DNA of 14,119 nt from Candidatus Saccharimonadota bacterium. Lineage in GTDB: Bacteria > Bacteroidota > Bacteroidia > Flavobacteriales > Blattabacteriaceae. Position numbers and translations under genes: made by a program. Under the pieces are notes generated by a model, which was not told the DNA's origin, ran no database searches, and worked only from the letters and a program-made list of their open reading frames with translations. This document shows positions 8,082 to 14,119 of this stretch, in pieces (position 1 is the first letter of the stretch; each line of letters opens with the position of its first letter). The stretch spans positions 146,345 to 160,463 of the forward strand of contig NZ_CP104096.1 of NCBI RefSeq assembly GCF_033370915.1, read 5' to 3'.

Positions 8082-8427
8082 TAAAATTATAAATCTTTTA
8101 GAAAAAGAATTAATAAAAAAAAAAAAATATAATTTTAATGTTGGTGATAATATAACAGTATATTATTATAAATCCATTAATGAAATTGATAAAAAAAATA
8201 TAAAATTATTATTTTTTACTGGATATGTAATTAGTAAAAAAGGTAATAATAAATTTAATAAAACCTTTATAATAAGAAATACAATTAATAATATAGGGGT
8301 AGAAATTACTTTTTTTTTATATAGTCCATATATAAATAATATTAAAATTAATAAAAGAGGTAAAGTAATAAAATCTAAAATATATTATATAAGAAAATAT
8401 AATTTTAATAAAATTAAAAATAAATAG
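8071..8427 (+). CDS. rplS: 50S ribosomal protein L19
   Basis: It is collinear with bL19: ...[11 protein letters not shown]..., [18 protein letters not shown]....[29 protein letters not shown]. It overlaps the gyrA 3' end by 11 nt. It is the only gene here ending in TAG. Confidence 0.9.
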   Translation: MKNNKIINLLEKELIKKKKYNFNVGDNITVYYYKSINEIDKKNIKLLFFTGYVISKKGNNKFNKTFIIRNTINNIGVEITFFLYSPYINNIKINKRGKVIKSKIYYIRKYNFNKIKNK

Positions 8428-8441
8428 AGAGATTAATCTCT
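8428..8441. terminator. Perfect 14-nt palindrome AGAGATTAATCTCT between convergent rplS and efp; candidate bidirectional hairpin terminator
   Basis: I verified the pairing base by base (8428-8441 ... 8434-8435). It sits immediately after the rplS TAG (8425..8427) and contains the efp stop (tta 8433..8435). It is flanked by an A-rich run upstream and a T-rich run downstream. It is one of the few G/C-containing symmetric elements in the window. The stem is short and weak, so function is unproven. Confidence 0.35.
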
Positions 8442-8990
8442 ATTTATTCTTTCAATATATTTTTTAGTTTTTGTATTAATTTTAATTATATCACCTTTTT
8501 TTATAAATAAAGGTGTATAAATAATAATACCTGTTTCTAAAATTGATTGTTTATAATTTTTATTATTAATGTATTTTGTATTTTTTACTTTTAAAAATAC
8601 ATATTTATTAATTTTTAATGATAATGGTTGATCTTTTATAAAATTTATGATTACATTATCATTTTCTTTTAAAAAAGAAACATTATTTTTACCTATAAAA
8701 TTTTTTGATAGTACTATTTGATTATAATTTTGTTTATTAATAAAAAAAAAATTATTATTTTTATTATATAAATAAGTATAATATTTAGATTCTATTTCTA
8801 TTTTTTTAATTTTAGAACCTGAAGAAAAATTATTAGTAATTATATTACCATTCTTTAAATTTTTTATTTTTGTTCTTACAAAAGCATTTCCTTTACCTGG
8901 TTTAACATGTAAAAATTCTATTACTTTGTAATAATTATTTTTTATTTTTATATATATTCCTTTTTTTAAATTTGATATATTTATTAACAT
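8433..8990 (-). CDS. efp: Elongation factor P
   Basis: It has FLHVKPGKGNAFVRTKIKNLKNG (the EF-P loop with the conserved Lys in PGKG). A three-domain length of 185 aa fits EF-P, and the C-terminal domain contains ETGIIIYTPLFIKKGDIIKINT. Confidence 0.94.
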   Translation of the reverse strand: MLINISNLKKGIYIKIKNNYYKVIEFLHVKPGKGNAFVRTKIKNLKNGNIITNNFSSGSKIKKIEIESKYYTYLYNKNNNFFFINKQNYNQIVLSKNFIGKNNVSFLKENDNVIINFIKDQPLSLKINKYVFLKVKNTKYINNKNYKQSILETGIIIYTPLFIKKGDIIKINTKTKKYIERINRD

Positions 8991-8998
8991 AAAATTAT

Positions 8999-9547
8999 TT
9001 ATTCTTCTTTAGTAATTTTTAACATTTTAATTGAAACTATTATTTGATTATTAGGATGTAAAAATTTTATATGTTTATTATTTTCTAAAAGATCTTTTAT
9101 ATATATTTTATCACCAATATCTAAATTAGTAATATTTATTTTAAAATATTTTGGATAATATTTTAAAATAGTTTTAATTTTAATTTTTTTTAATGGAGTA
9201 TTACATATTGCACCTTTTGAAACTCCAATAGATTTTCCAATTAATTTAATATTTATAAAAGATATAAATGGTTTATTAATATTTATTTTATATAAATCAA
9301 TATGAAGAATTTTATTTCTTAATACATTATATTGTATATCTTTAATTAAACATATATGTTTATTATTATTTATTATTAAATAAATAATATATTTTTTTTT
9401 ATTAATAATTTTATTAATTTCAGATAAAGATATATAAAATTGTAAATTAAAATTTTTATTATATATAACTCCAGGAATATATTTATTATTCTTATATTTA
9501 TTAATTTTTTTTTTACAATTAATATTTAATAATTTATTAATTTTCAT
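8999..9547 (-). CDS. rplY: 50S ribosomal protein L25 (long, Ctc-type form)
   Basis: Motifs present: KYIPGVIYNK, LIKDIQYNVLRNKILHIDLYKI, and IGVSKGAICNTPLKKIKIK...LDIGDKIYIKDL. I place the start at the second ATG (cat 9545..9547, MKINKLL...). That keeps the distance to the IPGVIY motif close to other L25 proteins and cuts the rsfS overlap from 56 to 11 nt. The ORF track's longer start is at 9592. Confidence 0.85.
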   Translation of the reverse strand: MKINKLLNINCKKKINKYKNNKYIPGVIYNKNFNLQFYISLSEINKIINKKKYIIYLIINNNKHICLIKDIQYNVLRNKILHIDLYKININKPFISFINIKLIGKSIGVSKGAICNTPLKKIKIKTILKYYPKYFKINITNLDIGDKIYIKDLLENNKHIKFLHPNNQIIVSIKMLKITKEE

Positions 9548-9893
9548 ATTTATAACTATATAAAATAGGTAATTTTTTAAATAATTTATCAATCATATAA
9601 TATTTTCTTATTTTTTTTAAAAAAATATTAATAATAATAAATTTATAATCTATTAATATCCATTTATAATAATTTTTTCCCTCTATATTTAATGGTTTAA
9701 TATTAAAATTCTTATATATAGTATATTCTATTTTATTATAAATTGATTTAACATGTAAATATGATGTACCTTCACATATAAGAAAAAAATCAAATAAATT
9801 ATTAATTGTTTTTCTATTATCTATAATTTTAATTTTATTATTATTAATAATATTAATTATAGTTTTTATAAATTTTTTTTTATTTAATTTCAT
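9537..9893 (-). CDS. rsfS: Ribosomal silencing factor RsfS (iojap/YbeB family)
   Basis: Motifs present: DFFLICEGTSYLHVKSI, then NIEGKNYYKWILIDYKFIIINIFLKKIRKYYMIDKLF. This matches the RsfS pattern D.fvI..g.S.rqv.ai......EG.....W.l.DygdvvvH.F....R.yY.LE.LW. The start overlaps the rpoC 3' end by 14 nt. Confidence 0.85.
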   Translation of the reverse strand: MKLNKKKFIKTIINIINNNKIKIIDNRKTINNLFDFFLICEGTSYLHVKSIYNKIEYTIYKNFNIKPLNIEGKNYYKWILIDYKFIIINIFLKKIRKYYMIDKLFKKLPILYSYKYEN

Positions 9894-12800
9894 TTTTATA
9901 AAATCCAGTTCCAGCAGGAATTTTTTTACCTATTATTATATTTTCTTTTAGACCTTTTAAATAATCAGTTTTAGCACTAATAGCAGCTTCACTTAATATT
10001 TTAGTAGTTTCTTGAAAAGATGCAGCAGAAATAAAAGATTTAGTATGTAAAGAAGATTTAGTAATACCTAATAAAATTGGTTTACCAATTGCAGGTAATA
10101 TTGGTTTAGTTTTAATTAGTTTTTTCTTATAAAAATTTAAATATTCATTATATAAAAATATTTTATTTTTATTTGTTATTTTACCTATATAATATTTTTT
10201 ATAATTACTTTTAGTGATTTTTACAAATTTTTTAATTTTTTTATTAATTTTAAAGAACTCTTCTTTATTTATAATATTTCCTTTAATTAAATTAGTATCT
10301 CCACTATCAGTAATAATTACTTTTTTAAGCATTTGATTAATAATAATTTCAAAATGTTTATTATTAATTTGTACTCCTTGAGATTTATAAATATTTTGTA
10401 AATTATTAATTAAATAATTTTGAATATAATTTATACCATTTATATTTAGTATATCATTTAAAGAAATTTTACCTTCAGTTAATTTATCACCATGTTTAAT
10501 AATATCATTTTTTTGAACTATAATTTTTTTATTATTTTTTATAGTATATATTTTATTTTTATTAAAATTATTAGTAATATATATTTTTACATAATTTTTT
10601 TTATATATTATATTACTTACTATACCATCAATTTCAGATATAATAGCTTTATTAATTGGATTTCTAGCTTCAAATAATTCTGATAATTTTGGTAGTCCAC
10701 CTGTAATATCTTTATAATTATAATAAACTCTAGGAATTTTAATTAAAATTTTACCTTTTTTTATTTTTTCATTATTTTTTACATTTAAATATGAACCTAT
10801 AGATAAATTATAATTATTTAATAATTTACCCTTTTTATCTAATATTAATAAAGTTGGATTTATATTTTTACTTTCTATTATAATTTTTTCACCATTATTT
10901 GATTTATAGGTAATGTTTTTAATAATATTATTATATTTTACTATACCATTATATTCAGATATTAATAGTGAATAATATGGATTAATTTTATATATTATAT
11001 CTCCTATATTAACCAAATCATTATTTTTAAAATATAAAGTACATCCATAAGGTATATAATTATTATATAAAATATTTTTATTATTTAAATCAATAATTTT
11101 AATATTTGTATATTTAGAAATTACTATATATTTATTTTTTTTTTTAATATATTTTAATGAATTTAATAATATTATTCCTTTATATTTTGATTTAAATTTT
11201 GTAGTTTTAATACTTGTACTTGTAGAACCACCTACATGGAATGTTCTTAAAGTTAATTGAGTACCAGGTTCACCAATAGATTGGGCAGCAATTACTCCAA
11301 TAGTTTCACCTACGTTAATTAATTTTCCATTTGATAAATTTGAACCATAACATTTAGCACATATACCATATTTAGTTTCACATGTTAATGGTGAACGTAC
11401 TGAAATATATTTAATATAAGATTTTTTAATAGAATTTAAATGATTAAAATTAATGATTTCTCCTTTTTTAATTATTATTTTATTATTAAATGATATATTA
11501 TATAATACTACTTTACCTAATATTTCAGTATCAGTAATTTGATTATTATTAATATTTATTCCTTTAAAGGTTTTACAATCTTTTTCTTTAATAATTACAT
11601 CTTGAACTACATCTACTAATCTTCTAGTTAAATAACCAGCATCAGCAGTTTTTAAAGCAGTATCAGCTAATCCTTTTCTAGAACCATGTGTAGAAAGGAA
11701 ATATTCTAATATTGATAATCCTTCATAAAAGTTAGAAATAATAGGAAACTCTATAATTTTAGTATAATCTAAATTATATTTTTGAGGTTTAGTCATTAAG
11801 CCTCTCATACCTGATAATTGTCTAATTTGTTCTATAGAACTTCTAGCACCAGAATCTAACATCATATATAAATTATTTAATCCATTATTTTTATTTTTAA
11901 TATTATTTATTACTTTATTACTTAGTTTAGAATTAGTATTACTCCATTCATTAATTATTTTATTAGATTTCTCATAATTTGATATTAATCCCATATTATA
12001 ATTTTTTATTATATAATTAATTTTTTTAATAGTTTTATAAATTATTGTTTTTTTTTCTTTTGGAGTAATTATATCATTTAAATTGAAAGATGTACCAGAT
12101 TTAAAAGAATATTTTAATCCTAAATCTTTTAATTTATCTAAAAAATTTGATGTTACAAATATATTGTTAGAATAAAAAACTTTATTTATTAAATCTTTAA
12201 TAGTTTTATTATTAATTAATAAGTTTATAAACCCTACTTTTTTTTTATTAGGTATTATTTTATTAAATAAAACTCTACCTACTGTAGTAAATATAAATTC
12301 ATTATTATATTTAAATTTTATATTTTCATGTAAATCTAATTTTTTTAAATTATGTGCTATTATTATTTCATTATAACTAGAAAATAATTTAAATTTATTT
12401 TTATTAGTATTTATTCTTTTAGTTAAATAATATAATCCTAATATTATTTCTTGTGATGGAATTATTATAGGTGATCCATTAGCAATATTTATAATATTTA
12501 TTGGTGACAACATTAATAATTGAGCTTCTAATATAGATTCTGTTGATAATGGTAAATGTATTGCCATTTGATCACCATCAAAATCAGCATTAAAAGCACC
12601 ACAAACTAAAGGATGTAATTTAATAGCTTTTCCGTTAATTAATATTGGTTGAAATGCTTGTATACTTAATCTATGTAATGTAGGTGCTCTATTTAATAAT
12701 ATTGGATGTCCTTTAATAACCTTTTTTAATATTTTACATATTAATGGATTTTTATTTTTAATATATTTTTTAGCTAAAGAAATAGAATTAATTATACCTT

Positions 12801-14115
12801 TATTAATTAATTTATTAATTAAAAAAGGTTTGTATAATTCTAAAGCAATATTTTTTGGTAAACCACATTCATATAATTTTAATTTAGGGTCTACAACTAT
12901 TACTGATCTAGCTGAATAATCTACTCTTTTACCTAATAAATTTTGTCTAAATCTACCTTGTTTACCTTTTAAAATATCTGATAGTGATTTTAAACTTCTA
13001 TTAGATTCAGATTTTACCGCATATAATTTTCTTGAATTATCTAATAATGAATCTATAGATTCTTGTAATATACGTTTTTCATTTTTTAATATAATATTAG
13101 GAGCATTAATAGATATTAATTTTTTTAATCTATTATTTCTAATTATAATTTTTCTATAAAATTCATTTAAATCTGAACTAGCATATTTTCCTTCCTCTAA
13201 TGTGATTATAGGTCTTAAATCAGGTGGAATTATAGGTAAATTTTTAATTATCATATATTTAGGTAAATTTTTATTTTTACCTTTATGGAATAATTCAATA
13301 ATTTTTAATATTTTTAATAATTTATTTTTTTTAATTTTATTTTTTTCATTATAAAATTTATTTTTAAAAATTGAAAATGTTTTATTTATATTAATTTTCT
13401 TTAATAAAGATTTAATAGCTTCTCCACCAGTTTTTGCAATAAATTTATATTTCTTTTTACTTTTATTTTTATAAATATATTGTTTAATTTTAAAATATTC
13501 TTCTTCATTAATAAGATCTAATTTTTTTAAATAACGTCCATTATTTTTTTTAAATTTTAAATTTTTAATATTTATTACAATATATTTATCATAATAAATT
13601 ATTGATTCTATATCTTTAGATGATTTATTTAATAAATAGGATAGTTTATTTGGTAAACATCTAAAATACCATATATGTACAATAGGAACACATAATTTTA
13701 TATGTCCCATTCTTTTTCTTCTTACGTTTTTTTTAGTAATTTCTATTCCACATTTATCACAAATAATACCTTTATATATTTTATTTTTATATTTACCACA
13801 TGAACATTCATAATCTTTTATAGGACCAAATATTTTTTCACAAAATAAACCATTTAATTCAGGTTTTTTAGTTTTATAATTTATAGTTTCAGGGGTTAAA
13901 ACTTCACCATATGATTTATTAAAAATATATTTAGGTGAAGCTAATTTAATATAAATTTTATTTATATTATTAGTTTTCTTATTTTTCTTTTTATTATTTT
14001 TCTTTTTATTAATTTTCTTTTTATTAATTTTAATATTTTTATTAATATTAATATTATTATTAATTTTAATATTTTTATTAATATTTTTATTAATTTTAAT
14101 ATTTTTATTATTCAT
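9880..14115 (-). CDS. rpoC: DNA-directed RNA polymerase subunit beta' (1411 aa) with a low-complexity N-terminal extension
   Basis: Motifs present: the Zn-finger CSCGKYKNKIYKGIICDKCG, VRRKRMGHIKL, HIWYFRCLPNK, the catalytic NADFDGDQMAIHLPLS, the bridge-helix region GLADTALKTADAGYLTRRLVDV, and TFHVGG. The start codon is 4 nt from the right window edge. rpoB presumably lies just beyond it. Confidence 0.97.
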   Translation of the reverse strand: MNNKNIKINKNINKNIKINNNININKNIKINKKKINKKKNNKKKNKKTNNINKIYIKLASPKYIFNKSYGEVLTPETINYKTKKPELNGLFCEKIFGPIKDYECSCGKYKNKIYKGIICDKCGIEITKKNVRRKRMGHIKLCVPIVHIWYFRCLPNKLSYLLNKSSKDIESIIYYDKYIVINIKNLKFKKNNGRYLKKLDLINEEEYFKIKQYIYKNKSKKKYKFIAKTGGEAIKSLLKKININKTFSIFKNKFYNEKNKIKKNKLLKILKIIELFHKGKNKNLPKYMIIKNLPIIPPDLRPIITLEEGKYASSDLNEFYRKIIIRNNRLKKLISINAPNIILKNEKRILQESIDSLLDNSRKLYAVKSESNRSLKSLSDILKGKQGRFRQNLLGKRVDYSARSVIVVDPKLKLYECGLPKNIALELYKPFLINKLINKGIINSISLAKKYIKNKNPLICKILKKVIKGHPILLNRAPTLHRLSIQAFQPILINGKAIKLHPLVCGAFNADFDGDQMAIHLPLSTESILEAQLLMLSPINIINIANGSPIIIPSQEIILGLYYLTKRINTNKNKFKLFSSYNEIIIAHNLKKLDLHENIKFKYNNEFIFTTVGRVLFNKIIPNKKKVGFINLLINNKTIKDLINKVFYSNNIFVTSNFLDKLKDLGLKYSFKSGTSFNLNDIITPKEKKTIIYKTIKKINYIIKNYNMGLISNYEKSNKIINEWSNTNSKLSNKVINNIKNKNNGLNNLYMMLDSGARSSIEQIRQLSGMRGLMTKPQKYNLDYTKIIEFPIISNFYEGLSILEYFLSTHGSRKGLADTALKTADAGYLTRRLVDVVQDVIIKEKDCKTFKGININNNQITDTEILGKVVLYNISFNNKIIIKKGEIINFNHLNSIKKSYIKYISVRSPLTCETKYGICAKCYGSNLSNGKLINVGETIGVIAAQSIGEPGTQLTLRTFHVGGSTSTSIKTTKFKSKYKGIILLNSLKYIKKKNKYIVISKYTNIKIIDLNNKNILYNNYIPYGCTLYFKNNDLVNIGDIIYKINPYYSLLISEYNGIVKYNNIIKNITYKSNNGEKIIIESKNINPTLLILDKKGKLLNNYNLSIGSYLNVKNNEKIKKGKILIKIPRVYYNYKDITGGLPKLSELFEARNPINKAIISEIDGIVSNIIYKKNYVKIYITNNFNKNKIYTIKNNKKIIVQKNDIIKHGDKLTEGKISLNDILNINGINYIQNYLINNLQNIYKSQGVQINNKHFEIIINQMLKKVIITDSGDTNLIKGNIINKEEFFKINKKIKKFVKITKSNYKKYYIGKITNKNKIFLYNEYLNFYKKKLIKTKPILPAIGKPILLGITKSSLHTKSFISAASFQETTKILSEAAISAKTDYLKGLKENIIIGKKIPAGTGFYKNEIK
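13975..14112 (-). repeat. Cluster of in-frame imperfect tandem repeats forming the rpoC 5' end
   Basis: The identical 21-mer ttaattttaatatttttatta occurs three times (14024..14044, 14060..14080, 14090..14110). A 15-nt periodic unit ctttttatta(t/a)tttt occurs three times, with c at 13987, 14002 and 14017. Together they encode residues 2-47, which are only N, K and I (NKNIKINKNI / NKNIKINNNI / INKKK units). Confidence 0.8.
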
Positions 14116-14119
14116 ATTA

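Noticed and set aside
9548-9592. 15-codon N-terminal extension of rplY (MINYLKNYLFYIVIN...) from the upstream ATG
   Set aside because: It would lengthen the distance to the conserved IPGVIY motif beyond that of other L25 proteins and create a 56-nt overlap with rsfS. The internal ATG at 9547 gives a conventional N-terminus. This is not decisive without experimental start mapping.
10492-10677. 61-aa ORF on the plus strand inside rpoC
   Set aside because: It lies antisense to rpoC. The translation is almost pure I/F/Y/N low complexity (the mirror of K/N/I codons). It has no motif and no independent signals, so I treat it as a chance ORF.
13975-14112. Repeat cluster at the right edge as a possible CRISPR array or non-coding satellite
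   Set aside because: The repeats are 15-30 nt period, imperfect, contiguous, and in frame with rpoC up to its ATG. There is no repeat-spacer organisation and no cas genes. They are coding microsatellite-like repeats.
1-14119. UGA-to-Trp (code 4) reassignment, which occurs in several tiny AT-rich symbiont genomes
   Set aside because: All recognisable genes are full length under the standard code, with no in-frame TGA. The Trp codons I checked (trxA W23/W26, gyrA QPW) are TGG. No gene here ends in TGA either, so the window gives no evidence for or against reassignment.
1-14119. tRNA, rRNA, tmRNA or other structured RNA genes, mobile elements, defence or toxin-antitoxin systems
   Set aside because: Structured RNAs in genomes like this stand out as G/C-rich islands. 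The only G/C-enriched stretches coincide with conserved protein motifs (gyrA 5' region, rpoC core). Non-coding space totals only about 195 nt. No transposase, integrase, nuclease or Cas-like ORFs and no terminal inverted repeats were seen.

Overview
No mobile element, CRISPR array, defence or toxin system, rRNA or tRNA is supportable here, and I see no novel multi-gene system. The window is an extremely AT-rich (about 10-15% G+C by eye, not computed), almost gap-free stretch of housekeeping genes, typical of a severely reduced obligate endosymbiont genome. By my coordinates, only about 195 of 14119 nt lie outside an ORF.

Gene content:
- Plus strand: the 3' part of a CDS open to the left window edge, then hisS, ychF, a DapA-family ORF, a 64-codon orphan ORF, aroB, gyrA and rplS.
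- Minus strand: trxA, an rpsU gene missing from the ORF track (869..1036), and a co-directional overlapping chain rpoC -> rsfS -> rplY -> efp.

Likely origin: the RpoC N-terminal motifs (GEVLTPETINYKT, HIWYFRCLPNK) look Bacteroidota/Flavobacteriia-like rather than proteobacterial. This suggests, as inference only, a tiny-genome flavobacterial insect symbiont that retains shikimate-pathway aroB.

Genetic code: 12 of the 13 called CDSs end in TAA and rplS ends in TAG. Trp is TGG wherever I checked, and no in-frame TGA occurs, so there is no evidence here for or against stop-codon reassignment.

Points worth a second look are protein-level or architectural:
- A DapA homologue whose Schiff-base lysine and catalytic triad appear substituted although the ORF stays open.
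- A repeat-built N/K/I extension on RpoC.
- An orphan ORF wedged in front of aroB.
- A CLPC thioredoxin active site.
- Lys at the GyrA Ser83-equivalent position.
- Pervasive gene overlaps.
- A G/C-containing palindrome spanning two convergent stop codons.
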